A DNA stretch of 64,000 nt from Bacteroidia bacterium (lineage in GTDB: Bacteria; Bacteroidota; Bacteroidia; NS11-12g; UBA9320): the NCBI GenBank assembly GCA_965216465.1, contig CBDCFW010000003.1, positions 1 through 64,000 on the forward strand, in the 5' to 3' direction. Made by a program: the position numbers and the translations under genes. Shown here piece after piece: positions 19,538 through 30,361 of this stretch. Position 1 is the stretch's first letter, and the number at the start of each line of letters is the position of its first letter. The notes below the pieces were generated by a model. It made no database searches. It saw only the letters and a list, made by a program, of their open reading frames with translations, and was not told where the DNA came from.

Positions 19538-22288
19538 GTGAAACGTTCGATACTACTAGCTTTTATAGGCATTTACGTCGCATTTGGTGCTGCATATAGT
19601 GCCGTTGTTGAAACCCAACCTGTTTTTCCGAATGCAAGTGGAAAAGTTGATATTTTTTTTAATGCAGACCAAGGAAGTGGTGGCTTAGCCAACTTCACAG
19701 GAACGGTTTATTTGCATATTGGTGTAATTACCAGCAATAGCAATTCTCCGTCAGATTGGAAGTATGTTCAGGGTAATTGGGGGACAAGTGATGCACCTGA
19801 GGCAACACGTCTTAGTGCCAATCGATATCAATTTACCATTAACGACATTCGAACTTTTTTTGATGTACCCGAATCGGAAGCCATTTTAAAACTAGCCATG
19901 GTTTTTAGAAACGAAGATGGTTCTAAATCTGGGAGAGCCTCGAATGGAGGAGATATATTCGTCGATCTTTTTGACAATAGTTTTCAGGCGAAGATCATCA
20001 ACCCCTCAAATAACTTCATCGCGAAGCTTAACGATTCAATTCATATTAATGGAGTTGCTAATCAGCAAGCAGACCTGAGTCTCTCGCTTAATGGCAATCC
20101 CATTCAAACCGCAAGCGACTCATTAATTGCCTACTCCTTTAAAGCAACCGTGCCTGGAAACTATGAAGTCGTTCTCAAGGCAAAAGTGAACAACGATAGT
20201 ATTCAAGATACCATCAACTTTGTTATAAATCCTGCGAAGCAAACCCTTGCATTACCTGCTGGAGTAAAACTAGGGATTAATTACGATTCACCCAGCCAAA
20301 TTACCCTAGCGATTTATGCTCCTTACAAAGAGTTTATTTATGTAGTAGGTGATTTCAATGATTGGAAGGTAGATACCAACTATTTTATGAAATGGTCCAA
20401 CCCAAACACTTTTTGGCTTACCATTTCTGGTTTAACTCCTGGTGAATCCTATGCATTTCAATACTTTGTAGACGGTAAGATTTATGTTGCTGATCCTTAT
20501 AGTGAATTAATTCTTGACCCCAATAATGATGGTTGGATATCAGAAGAGACTTTTCCTGATTTACATCCCTATCCTGTAGGAAAAGCCAATGGCGTTGCCA
20601 CATTAATAGAAATGGATAGACCTGCCTTCAATTGGCAGGTTACCGACTTTACTCCAGCAGAGGTAAGCAAGCTGAACATATACGAATTATTGGTTCGCGA
20701 CTTTGTTGCAACCCACAACTATCAAACTTTGACCGACACGCTTGACTATCTCGAAAATATGGGAATTAACGCAATTGAATTGATGCCCATTAACGAGTTT
20801 GAAGGAAATGAGAGCTGGGGATATAATCCTTCCTTTCACATGGCGTTAGACAAATATTATGGTACTCCTGAAGCATTTAAGACATTTGTAGATGAATGCC
20901 ATAGCCGTGGAATTGCTGTTTTTCTCGATGTGGTTTACAATCACGCATTTAGTCAGAGTCCGTTATGTCAGTTGTATTGGAATTCTCAAGAATTTAGACC
21001 AGCAGGAAATAGTCCATATGCTAACATAACCGCCAAGCATGATTTTAATGTGGGCTATGATTTAAATCATGAAAGTCCGGCGGTGCAACTGTTCATTAAG
21101 CAGGTGATGACTTACTGGCTTACAGAATATAAGGTTGATGGTTTTAGGTTTGACTTATCTAAAGGTTTTACCCAGAAAAATACATTAGGAGATGTGGGAG
21201 AATGGGGAAAATACGATGCAACTCGTGTAGCGAATCTTACCCGTATATACGACGAGGTAAAAGCAGTAAATCCTGATGCTTATGTAATTCTTGAGCATTT
21301 TGCAGACAACGCAGAAGAGAAAATTCTTTCTCAATACGGGTGTCTATTATGGGGCAATTTGAACCACGAATGCTTAGAAGGAGCTATGGGTTATTCGAGT
21401 AATTTTAGTTCGGCTGATTATAAAAATAGGGGCTGGGAAGACCCTCATTTAGTGGCGTTTTCTGAAAGTCATGATGAAGAGCGCATGATGTATAAAAACC
21501 TGAGTTTTGGTAAAGTTGACGGTAATTACAGTGTTAAGGACTTCAATACTGCCTTAGATCGAATCGAGTTGAACTGGGTCGTGTTTGGCTGTATTCCAGG
21601 ACCAAAGATGATTTGGCAATTTGGTGAGTTGGGCTACGATTACCCGATCAATCACAACGGAAGAACGGGAAATAAGCCCATCAAGTGGGAGTATAATGCA
21701 GCTAGTAACCGTCACGATGTTTACGAGGTATATGCAGAAATAAATAAGCTTCGATCTACCTACGATGTTTTTAGCACGACAGATTATGCAGTTAATGTAA
21801 ATACTTCAGTAAAGCGTGTTCACCTCAACAGCAGTACTTTAAATGTGCTTTCTGTTGGTAATTTTGGCACTCAAGAAGCTAAAGTTGAGGCTAATTTTCA
21901 ACATACAGGGATGTGGTACAACTACTTCACTAACGACAGCTTAAATGTGACCGATGTAAACCAAGAACTTGATCTTGAAGCAGGAGAATATCAGTTGTGG
22001 ATTGACAGTGCGTTTAACAACAATTTTAGTATTGGATCCGTTCAATCTCACGGACTAAGATTTAAACTCTATCCTAATCCTACAGAAGGCAAGCTTTTTA
22101 TATTATCAGATATAGCTTTTGACCAAATTGTAATTCAAGAGTTATCAGGAAAAGAAATTGATCGGATTAATACTTCTGTTAAAACCTCTTATCTGGAAAT
22201 TGATACAGCAAATCTTGAAGCAGGAGCTTACTTTATCACGCTAAAGACTGATAACAACTTCAGCACCCGTAAATTTTTGAAATACTAA
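19538..22288 (+). CDS. Secreted GH13 alpha-amylase/pullulanase-like enzyme with CBM modules and T9SS CTD
   Basis: Signal peptide; VVGDFNDW, IELMPINEF..N.SWGYNP, DVVYNH, GFRFDLSKG, ESHDEER; YPNP...GAYF...KFLKY. Confidence 0.9.
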   Translation: MKRSILLAFIGIYVAFGAAYSAVVETQPVFPNASGKVDIFFNADQGSGGLANFTGTVYLHIGVITSNSNSPSDWKYVQGNWGTSDAPEATRLSANRYQFTINDIRTFFDVPESEAILKLAMVFRNEDGSKSGRASNGGDIFVDLFDNSFQAKIINPSNNFIAKLNDSIHINGVANQQADLSLSLNGNPIQTASDSLIAYSFKATVPGNYEVVLKAKVNNDSIQDTINFVINPAKQTLALPAGVKLGINYDSPSQITLAIYAPYKEFIYVVGDFNDWKVDTNYFMKWSNPNTFWLTISGLTPGESYAFQYFVDGKIYVADPYSELILDPNNDGWISEETFPDLHPYPVGKANGVATLIEMDRPAFNWQVTDFTPAEVSKLNIYELLVRDFVATHNYQTLTDTLDYLENMGINAIELMPINEFEGNESWGYNPSFHMALDKYYGTPEAFKTFVDECHSRGIAVFLDVVYNHAFSQSPLCQLYWNSQEFRPAGNSPYANITAKHDFNVGYDLNHESPAVQLFIKQVMTYWLTEYKVDGFRFDLSKGFTQKNTLGDVGEWGKYDATRVANLTRIYDEVKAVNPDAYVILEHFADNAEEKILSQYGCLLWGNLNHECLEGAMGYSSNFSSADYKNRGWEDPHLVAFSESHDEERMMYKNLSFGKVDGNYSVKDFNTALDRIELNWVVFGCIPGPKMIWQFGELGYDYPINHNGRTGNKPIKWEYNAASNRHDVYEVYAEINKLRSTYDVFSTTDYAVNVNTSVKRVHLNSSTLNVLSVGNFGTQEAKVEANFQHTGMWYNYFTNDSLNVTDVNQELDLEAGEYQLWIDSAFNNNFSIGSVQSHGLRFKLYPNPTEGKLFILSDIAFDQIVIQELSGKEIDRINTSVKTSYLEIDTANLEAGAYFITLKTDNNFSTRKFLKY

Positions 22289-22756
22289 TTACGGTTTAGG
22301 AATTAGGCAGGGATTGCAGTCGAAGTGCAGTGTGTCTGAAACCTCCTTAGTATCTTCAGTTATTTCAAACCTCCCAATTGCTTGGTTGTACCACCTGGCA
22401 TTACATTCAGGGTCCATAACCGTTGGGTCTGGTTTGTATAACTCATCATTACTTAACTTCTTTCCTACAAAAACATAGTAGAACCCAGGGGTAAAACCGG
22501 CCTTGTTTGCTGATCCGTTCGAGAATTCTAATTCAATACCGTCATCAGTACGATCAGGAGATTGATGCACAAAAATTGAACGATTCATAGGTTTAGGAGT
22601 TCTCATTTCCTTGATCATTTGTTCGTCGGGTGCAGCACCCCCACAATAAGATTCAGTAGAAGCGAAGTTGAATTGAATTCCGCGATTAACTACTTTTTTA
22701 GTACACGATGCAATTGATAAAGCCAATAATATGAAGAATGGAATCGTTTTTTTCAC
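22289..22756 (-). CDS. Hypothetical lipoprotein
   Basis: Lipobox IASC; YCGGA motif. Confidence 0.65.
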   Translation of the reverse strand: MKKTIPFFILLALSIASCTKKVVNRGIQFNFASTESYCGGAAPDEQMIKEMRTPKPMNRSIFVHQSPDRTDDGIELEFSNGSANKAGFTPGFYYVFVGKKLSNDELYKPDPTVMDPECNARWYNQAIGRFEITEDTKEVSDTLHFDCNPCLIPKP

Positions 22757-22793
22757 AAAGCAAATATAGTCTAAGGAGCTATATATGAAAGCC

Positions 22794-23879
22794 CTAGTTC
22801 AGAGAATTAAATATTTGGCTAGCAACTTGATTTGAAGGCTTAATGTCACCCAAAATCGCCCTAAGCTTTTTGTATTCATTGAGCATTAAACTGCGTTCAT
22901 CCGATTCTTGAATAAGAGTTTTCATTTCGGTACGTAAACGTTCTGGATTAAAGTCGTGTTGAATAAGTTCCGTGATGCAGGCTTTATCTAAAATCAAATT
23001 AACAAGTGAGATGTACTTTGACTTTACCAGACGTTTTCCAATTGCATAAGTAATTGGGCTCATTTTGTAGCACACGACCTGGGGAACTCCCATGAGTGCA
23101 GTTTCTAGCGTTGCTGTGCCTGAGGTCACAAGGGCAACCTTCGAGCGATTAAGCAATCCGTACATGTCTCCTTTAATGAGCTCAAAGTCTTCTCCAAATT
23201 GGCTATAGAATGAGGCATCAAAACCGGGAGCCTGAGCAATTAAGATTGAATAATTCTGGTACTCCTTTACTGCTTCCAACATAACTGGCAAAGCAGTAGA
23301 AATTTCTTGAGCTCTACTTCCGGGTAATAAGGCTATGGTTTGATCGCTTGATGTTGAAGGATTCGCTTGTAAGTAGTTATCAACTGCTTCCTTACTAGGA
23401 TTTCCAACATAAATTGACCCTACGTTTCTAGCCTTGAAAAATTCTTTCTCGAAGGGTAGGATAGAGTAGAGCTTGGTCACATATTTTCGAATAAGCTCTA
23501 CACGACTTTCTTTCCAAGCCCAAACCTTTGGTGAAATGTAGTAATGAACTGGAATATTATGCTCTGAAGCGAACTTGGCAATTTTGAAATTGAAGCCCGG
23601 ATAGTCTACAAGAATCACGGCGTCTGGTTTCCAAGCTAGAATGTCTTGTTTTACAAGGCTCAGATTTCGTGCTATTTTTCGTAGGTTTTTGAGCACTTCC
23701 CAAAATCCCATAATCGCCATTTCTTTTTGGTGAAGTAGTAGATCTTGACCAGCATTTTGTGATTGGTCACCACCCATTCCTCGAAATTCAGCGTTCATAT
23801 CAAGTTTATTTAATTCGGAGATAACATGAGATGCATGTTGGTCGCCAGAAGTTTCGCCTGATATGATGTAGTATTTCAT
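22794..23879 (-). CDS. lpxB: Lipid-A-disaccharide synthase
   Basis: GETSGD, VDYPGFN, YISPKVWAW, LLPGSRAQE, SGTATLE. Confidence 0.95.
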   Translation of the reverse strand: MKYYIISGETSGDQHASHVISELNKLDMNAEFRGMGGDQSQNAGQDLLLHQKEMAIMGFWEVLKNLRKIARNLSLVKQDILAWKPDAVILVDYPGFNFKIAKFASEHNIPVHYYISPKVWAWKESRVELIRKYVTKLYSILPFEKEFFKARNVGSIYVGNPSKEAVDNYLQANPSTSSDQTIALLPGSRAQEISTALPVMLEAVKEYQNYSILIAQAPGFDASFYSQFGEDFELIKGDMYGLLNRSKVALVTSGTATLETALMGVPQVVCYKMSPITYAIGKRLVKSKYISLVNLILDKACITELIQHDFNPERLRTEMKTLIQESDERSLMLNEYKKLRAILGDIKPSNQVASQIFNSLN

Positions 23880-24163
23880 TTAAACGTTAAATATCCAATT
23901 ATAAGGCCAATTATAATAGTAGAAAAGACAATGCCTCTTGCAGACTTTAGCTTATTGGCATTGATAAACAAGAAGAATGGAGCAAGGTTTATTAATGCTG
24001 CAATTTTTAACCACGGCGAAATAATTCCAGTTGTAAAACCTGTTCTTAGAAATGTACCAAACGAAAGGTGCTCAAACTCATAAACATTAATTCCAAAGAG
24101 TATGGTTAAAGGTCCTAAGAAACCAATAATGATACCTAAAATGATGCTATTGTAGTTTTTCAT
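23876..24163 (-). CDS. Conserved membrane protein
   Basis: Three hydrophobic segments; NL.PFF.F...ARG motif; sits between surE and lpxB. Confidence 0.65.
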   Translation of the reverse strand: MKNYNSIILGIIIGFLGPLTILFGINVYEFEHLSFGTFLRTGFTTGIISPWLKIAALINLAPFFLFINANKLKSARGIVFSTIIIGLIIGYLTFK

Positions 24164-24165
24164 AT

Positions 24166-24939
24166 TCAGAGATCCCAAGAGTTTAACGTGCCAATTGCGT
24201 GATGTGCTGTTAAGTCAAATTGAACAGGAACTACAGAAACGTAATTGTTTGCTAGGGCCCATTCGTCTGTATCTTCGCCTTTGTCCATGTTGTTGAATTT
24301 TCCAGTTAACCAGAAATAGTTTCTTCCATATGGATCTTCACGTTGGTCAAACTCTTCAACCCATTTTGCTCGTGCCTGACGGCAGATTTTAATTCCTTTT
24401 AAATCTTCTTGACTACCTTTTGGTATGTTTACGTTGAGTAGTGTATCGTCTGGCAATCCATGTTCAATCACGTTTGAAGCCACTTTATGCATAACATCTT
24501 TAGAAGCCGTGAAATCTGCATCCCAGCTGTAATCAAGCAAAGAGAATCCAATAGCCGTAATGCCTTCAATGGCACCTTCAACAGCAGCACTCATCGTACC
24601 TGAGTAAATAACATTGATAGATGAATTGGAACCGTGATTTACACCAGAAACAAGCAAGTCAGGCTTACGGTGCAATACTTTGTCTACCGCCAACTTTACA
24701 CAATCGGCAGGAGTTCCACTGCATTGATAACTTTCAACCTCGTCACCAAACTGATGATTTTTATCAAGTCGTAGTGGTTTGTTGATGGTTATAGCGTGTC
24801 CCATTCCGCTCTGCGGGCTATCTGGAGCTACAACTACAACTTTTCCAAGCTTTTTCATGACTTCAACTGTTGCTGCGATTCCAGGAGCTGTGATTCCGTC
24901 GTCGTTCGTTACCAGTATCAAAGGAAGATCTTTACTCAT
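24166..24939 (-). CDS. surE: 5'/3'-nucleotidase SurE
   Basis: LVTNDDG, APDSPQSG, GTPADCV, SGVNHG.N, YSGT. Confidence 0.95.
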   Translation of the reverse strand: MSKDLPLILVTNDDGITAPGIAATVEVMKKLGKVVVVAPDSPQSGMGHAITINKPLRLDKNHQFGDEVESYQCSGTPADCVKLAVDKVLHRKPDLLVSGVNHGSNSSINVIYSGTMSAAVEGAIEGITAIGFSLLDYSWDADFTASKDVMHKVASNVIEHGLPDDTLLNVNIPKGSQEDLKGIKICRQARAKWVEEFDQREDPYGRNYFWLTGKFNNMDKGEDTDEWALANNYVSVVPVQFDLTAHHAIGTLNSWDL

Positions 24940-25046
24940 AGGTTCGGCGAAGGTAAAATTAAATTCAAATCGGCAATTAAATCTCTAGGTGAAATTTAAA
25001 TTAAGCTTGTGTTTGTATTTGACTTTGTAAACATAAATTTGCTCTG

Positions 25047-26708
25047 ATGATTACCAATCTGAAGGTTAAGAATTACGCCCTGATTTCTGATGTAGAATTG
25101 AGTTTTAATTCAGGAATGAATATTATTACTGGAGAAACAGGTGCAGGTAAGTCTATTTTGATTGGAGCTCTTGGTCTTGCTTTGGGCAAACGTGCTGACA
25201 CATCTGTACTTAGAAGCAAGGAAGCAAAATGCATAATAGAAGCGGTGTTTAACATCGAGAATCTAAATCTTAAACCCTTCTTCGAAAACAATAATTTAGA
25301 CTACGAGCATGAAACTATTCTCCGTAGGGAGATTGCTACGAATGGTAAGAGCAGAGCGTTCATTAACGATACGCCAGTTACGCTTAAAGAACTGGAAAGT
25401 ATTGGAAGTCAGTTGATTGAGATTCATTCTCAGCACGATAACCTTCAGTTGTTTAAGCGTGATTTTCAGTTTTATTGTCTTGATGTAATGGCTGGTACGT
25501 TAACTGAAAGTAGAACTTATCAGCAGAGTTATGCCGATTTTCTAGAAAATATTAAGCAGCTAGAATCTTTAAAGAAAGAGGAGGCCGATTTAGCCAAGGA
25601 ATCAGATTTTAATCAATTTCTATTTGATGAATTGCAAAGTGCCCAGTTGGCCAATGTGAATGAAAAATCACTTTACAATGAACAGGAACTTCTAGAAAAT
25701 GCAGAAGATTTAATTCGTGGATTTGGGGAAGCTGATCAATTGTTCAGCGGAAGCGAATATTCAATAATAGAACAGCTTCAAAGTTTGAGTCAACTGTTGT
25801 CATCTTTTAATACACAGTTAACAAATGAACTTGCTGAACGTGTGAAGTCGGTTTTAATTGAACTTCAAGATGTAGCAGGTGAAGTGAGTTCCGCAGCTGC
25901 GGAAGTCGAAGTCAATCCAGAAAGATTAGAAGAAATTAATAATCAATTGGGTTATCTATTTAACCTGAAATCGAAGCATCGTGCTGAAAACGTTGATGAG
26001 CTGATTGCTATTCAAAACCAGCTAGAAGAAAAGCTTAGTGCAAGCCATAATTTAGATGCACAAATACAAAAGCTAGAAGCTGTATGTACGGAGCAGGAAA
26101 AAACGTTGTTTGAATTGGGAAATGTATTGAACAGAAACCGAAAAAAACATATCCCGGCCTTAGAAAAAGAGCTGACCGAGGTACTGGCCCAATTGGGTAT
26201 GCAACATTCTAGAGTTCAATTTGCATTATCAAGCAGTGGTGAATTATCACTTTACGGTATAAATGACTTAAAGATTCTGTTGTCTTCTGACAAAGGCGTG
26301 TCGTTTGGTGACTTGAAGAAGTCTGCATCAGGAGGGGAGTTAGCTAGAATAAACTTGAGCATAAAGAGTCAAATTGCAAAACATACGCATAGCCAGATGC
26401 CTTGTTCCATCTTCGATGAGATTGATACAGGAGTAAGTGGAGAAATTGCACGTAAAGTAGGCAGTTTAATGGTCGAAATGGGAGAGGAGCAGCAAGTAAT
26501 TGTTATTACTCATTTGCCTCAAATAGCGTCACTCGGAAATAATCACCTCTTTGTTTATAAATTAGAAAACAATGACAGCGTAGAAACAGCAGTTAAGTCA
26601 CTTTCTGGTGACGAGCGAATAAACGAGATTGCCAAAATGATTAGTGGCGATAACTTGACTGAGCATGCTGTAGAGCAAAGCAAGCAACTGCTTAATCCAC
26701 TCAGCTGA
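25047..26708 (+). CDS. recN: DNA repair protein RecN
   Basis: TGETGAGKS, ASGGELAR, FDEIDTGVSG, VITHLPQIA. Confidence 0.95.
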   Translation: MITNLKVKNYALISDVELSFNSGMNIITGETGAGKSILIGALGLALGKRADTSVLRSKEAKCIIEAVFNIENLNLKPFFENNNLDYEHETILRREIATNGKSRAFINDTPVTLKELESIGSQLIEIHSQHDNLQLFKRDFQFYCLDVMAGTLTESRTYQQSYADFLENIKQLESLKKEEADLAKESDFNQFLFDELQSAQLANVNEKSLYNEQELLENAEDLIRGFGEADQLFSGSEYSIIEQLQSLSQLLSSFNTQLTNELAERVKSVLIELQDVAGEVSSAAAEVEVNPERLEEINNQLGYLFNLKSKHRAENVDELIAIQNQLEEKLSASHNLDAQIQKLEAVCTEQEKTLFELGNVLNRNRKKHIPALEKELTEVLAQLGMQHSRVQFALSSSGELSLYGINDLKILLSSDKGVSFGDLKKSASGGELARINLSIKSQIAKHTHSQMPCSIFDEIDTGVSGEIARKVGSLMVEMGEEQQVIVITHLPQIASLGNNHLFVYKLENNDSVETAVKSLSGDERINEIAKMISGDNLTEHAVEQSKQLLNPLS

Positions 26709-27969
26709 TGTAATCGAGAATGCGTTCCATGCGCATTCCACGGCTTCCCTTTATTAAGAATGCTGCATTTGTAAGTGCTTGGTCCTGAAGGAATTTGCCC
26801 ATTTCTTCAATCGATTCGAAGGTTGTAATACCACATTGCTCAGAAACGGCATTGAAATGATCACCTAACAAGCAAACATGGTCAAACTTGAATGCCTCAA
26901 TCCACTGAAGCAGCTCAAAATGCTCTTGGTCTGCATGTTCACCCATTTCAAACATATCGCCTAGTACTAAGACCTTTGTTTCGTGTTCCATTTTGCTAAA
27001 GTTGGAGATGGCTTTTTGCATGCTACTGGGATTCGCATTGTATGCATCCAACCAAATAAGATTTCCATCGGCTTCTATAATCTGAGACCTGTTGTTATCC
27101 GCTTCATAGTTATTTATAGCCCGTGCAATTTGGTCGATCGGAACCTCAAAGTGTTCACCTATACTTAGTGCAACAAGGATGTTGTCTAAGTTATAATCTC
27201 CCATCAAGCTAGAAGAGAAAGTCTGGTCTTTATAGTTAAATTTGATGGATGGAACTAAGTGTTCAATGTTAACATTATTCTTGCTGTAAGTTTGTTTATT
27301 TGTAAGGGCACGACTCATTCTCGTCAACCACTCATCGTCTTGATTTACAAATACATAGCCGTTGTTTTTTAGGAGATAGTGGTAAGTTTCACTTTCTTCT
27401 TTAGCCACTGCTTCTAAGGTCCCAAAGCCTTCCAAATGTTCTTTGCCGATGTTTGTTATCAATCCGAAATTGATTTCAGCAAGTTCACAAAGTTCAGCAA
27501 TTTCGCCTGGACTGTTAGTTCCCAACTCAATGATTGCAATCTCGCAATCTATTGGCATGTTTAGCAGTGTTATAGGAACCCCAATGTGATTGTTAAAATT
27601 TCCTGCAGTGCAATGTGTTTTATACTTTTGGCTAAGTACATCGTACATCAAGTTTTTAGTTGTAGTTTTACCATTGCTACCAGCAACTCCAATTACCGGA
27701 ATGTCAAAACACCTTCGATGAAAGTTTGCAAGCTTTTGGAAGAAGGTCAATACATCCTCAACTTTAACTAAGCGAGGGTCATCGCCACAATCTTCATCGA
27801 CCACAGCATATTTCGCTCCTTTTTCCAAGGCATCAACAGCAAATTTGTTTCCATTGAAATTTTCACCTTTCAGAGCGAAAAAAATGCAGCCATCTTCAAT
27901 TTTTCGACTGTCGGTAGTGAATTTGAAGTCACATTCTATAAAGAGATTGTAAAATTTAGCGATATCCAC
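26701..27969 (-). CDS. murF: UDP-MurNAc-tripeptide--D-Ala-D-Ala ligase
   Basis: TDSR, GSNGKTTTK, GNFNNHIGVP, DAYNANPSS, LGDMFEMG, KGSRGM. Confidence 0.95.
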   Translation of the reverse strand: MDIAKFYNLFIECDFKFTTDSRKIEDGCIFFALKGENFNGNKFAVDALEKGAKYAVVDEDCGDDPRLVKVEDVLTFFQKLANFHRRCFDIPVIGVAGSNGKTTTKNLMYDVLSQKYKTHCTAGNFNNHIGVPITLLNMPIDCEIAIIELGTNSPGEIAELCELAEINFGLITNIGKEHLEGFGTLEAVAKEESETYHYLLKNNGYVFVNQDDEWLTRMSRALTNKQTYSKNNVNIEHLVPSIKFNYKDQTFSSSLMGDYNLDNILVALSIGEHFEVPIDQIARAINNYEADNNRSQIIEADGNLIWLDAYNANPSSMQKAISNFSKMEHETKVLVLGDMFEMGEHADQEHFELLQWIEAFKFDHVCLLGDHFNAVSEQCGITTFESIEEMGKFLQDQALTNAAFLIKGSRGMRMERILDYIS

Positions 27970-28032
27970 AGATCTTGGGCTTTTATATGCAACAAATGTG
28001 ATAATTTAGTAGTCTATTACAAAAGTATATCT

Positions 28033-30315
28033 ATGAAAAAAGTCCTCATACTGTCTATTATTATGGCATTAGCCATGTCCAGCTTTGCACAGCTGTACAA
28101 GTTGTCATTTGATCCTGTTATAAGAACAACCAATGGCGAAGTGTTAGAATTAGCACTTGCTGGAGGTCTAAATCAGCCACAATTCTCTAACATGGATTTT
28201 AACAACGATGGTATGGATGACCTGTTTGTTTTTGATAGAACTGGGGCCAAAATTTTAGTTTTCATCAACGAATCAGATGAGAATGGTGTTGCATATCGCT
28301 ACGATCCAAATTATGAAGAATTCTTCCCTAAAGGAACAGAATACATGATACTGAAGGATTACAACGACGATGAAAAACCTGATTTATGGACTTACAGTGG
28401 AGACTCTGTAGTGCTATACAAAAATTTCACGACGAGTTACCCTGACTTCAGACAGAATACAGATATCTATGCTTTAGATAGTGTGAACTATGTAAGTTGG
28501 AATCCATTTCGAAGAATATCTCATGTTCAAGGTTGTTTACCAGGCATCGAAGATCTTGATAATGATGGTGATATTGATATTGTAACCAATTTAAATTCTT
28601 CAGGATCTGCAATGATTCTGTTTCTCAACAGCACAGCTGACTCAGGAAAAGCTTTGGATGATATCTCGTATGTAATTCCAGACAAGTGCTATGGAGGTAT
28701 AGATGAGTGGAATGGGTACTTGACCATTAATTCTCCATGTCAATTCCGTGAACGCTATTTGAAGAATAAAAAGAAGCACTTTGCCACCAAGACGATGCTG
28801 TTTTTTGATGAAGATGGCGATGGAGATATGGATTTATTGTATGGAAGTTCGGAAAGAGAAACGAATCCAGTTTATTTCTTTAAGAATGGAAAAGTTGAGC
28901 TTGGAGATTATTACAAAGACACGTTTATTAGCATTGATACTGCATTCTTTTCATCTTCGGTTGAACCGCTGATTCCAGTTGCACCGGCCATGTCTTATGT
29001 TGATGTAGATGGAGATGGGAATAAGGATTTAATTCTAAGCACAAACGAAGCAGTAAAAACTTCTTACGCTATTAGAGAAACCAACAATGTATTGTACTTT
29101 AGAAATAAGGAAACTACAAGTGACCCCAATTTTGAATTTCAGTCGAATACCTTCTTAAACGGAGAAATGGTAGACTTAGGAGGTCATAATGCTCCTACGT
29201 TTGCTGACTTGGATGGAGACAACGACTTGGATATGGTGATTGCTACAAGTGGTAATCATTTCATTTCTGGTGACACAGCAGATTATTTGGTGTATTATGA
29301 GAATATTGGAAGCAGCACAGACCCAGATTATAAGCTTGTAGACAATGACTTTTTATCGCTCAAAGCGAAGAAGTATGTTGACATGGTAGTCACTTTCGCT
29401 GATGTAAATAGCAATGGGCTACTTGATATGTATATTGGTAAAGACGATGGAACAATTGCACATTACCGTAATATTGGGAGTAAGTCAAACCCAAGCTATC
29501 AATTGGTTACGGAAACTTTAGGGGCGATCGACGTAGGACAAAATGCAACTCCATTATTCTATGATTTGAATGAAGATGGAAAGCTTGATTTGATTAGTGG
29601 AAATTACGACGGTTCTTTGTATTACTATGAGAATACAGGTACTATTCCTTCTCCTACGTTCACTTTTGTAACGGATACTTTGGGAGGAATTCATATCAAT
29701 GAGATTCTTTCAGTTCGATTCTTGGGACCAAACGGATGGATTGATTCGCTGATGCCTCAAGCATGGGGCTTTTCTGCACCAACAATTTGTAAATTTAACG
29801 ACTCGGTTACCTACATTGGCGTGGGTGGAGACGAAGGAAGAGTGAGACTTTTTGAGATTGACGACGATATCACTGCCCGTTTTGTTCAAACAATGGACTA
29901 CATGCTAAATCCATTCAATCAAGAAGATTATATCAAAGATTTCGGTGAAAGAATACACCCAACAGGAGCTGATTTGAATGGAGACGGCATTACAGATTTG
30001 ATGGTGGGAAATTCTAGAGGAGGGATAAACTATTTAGAGGGAGTTGATACTGCAACAATCTCCGTGGTTCAACCAAAACTAGAAAAGTTCTATATCGCAC
30101 CAAACCCAAGCTCAGGTAGCTTTAAGGTGTTTGTAAATTCGAATAGCGTTCACCAGTTTAAGGTGGTGGATCTCAGCGGAAGAGTTGTAAAATCAGGAAA
30201 TATATTTAACGAACAAGCTGTGCAAATTTCAGGCTTGTCGAATGGGATCTATTTTGTTCAACTTTCAAGTGATGACCTGCAGTATGCCCCAGAAAGGCTA
30301 GTCTTAGTTAAATAA
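28033..30315 (+). CDS. FG-GAP/VCBS-repeat beta-propeller protein with T9SS CTD
   Basis: AGGLNQPQFS, many DxDxDGDxD repeats, PNPS...G.YFV CTD. Confidence 0.85.
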   Translation: MKKVLILSIIMALAMSSFAQLYKLSFDPVIRTTNGEVLELALAGGLNQPQFSNMDFNNDGMDDLFVFDRTGAKILVFINESDENGVAYRYDPNYEEFFPKGTEYMILKDYNDDEKPDLWTYSGDSVVLYKNFTTSYPDFRQNTDIYALDSVNYVSWNPFRRISHVQGCLPGIEDLDNDGDIDIVTNLNSSGSAMILFLNSTADSGKALDDISYVIPDKCYGGIDEWNGYLTINSPCQFRERYLKNKKKHFATKTMLFFDEDGDGDMDLLYGSSERETNPVYFFKNGKVELGDYYKDTFISIDTAFFSSSVEPLIPVAPAMSYVDVDGDGNKDLILSTNEAVKTSYAIRETNNVLYFRNKETTSDPNFEFQSNTFLNGEMVDLGGHNAPTFADLDGDNDLDMVIATSGNHFISGDTADYLVYYENIGSSTDPDYKLVDNDFLSLKAKKYVDMVVTFADVNSNGLLDMYIGKDDGTIAHYRNIGSKSNPSYQLVTETLGAIDVGQNATPLFYDLNEDGKLDLISGNYDGSLYYYENTGTIPSPTFTFVTDTLGGIHINEILSVRFLGPNGWIDSLMPQAWGFSAPTICKFNDSVTYIGVGGDEGRVRLFEIDDDITARFVQTMDYMLNPFNQEDYIKDFGERIHPTGADLNGDGITDLMVGNSRGGINYLEGVDTATISVVQPKLEKFYIAPNPSSGSFKVFVNSNSVHQFKVVDLSGRVVKSGNIFNEQAVQISGLSNGIYFVQLSSDDLQYAPERLVLVK

Positions 30316-30361
30316 AGTTCAGGATTTCATTTTCTCCATTTTATTTGCACCAAATTAGACT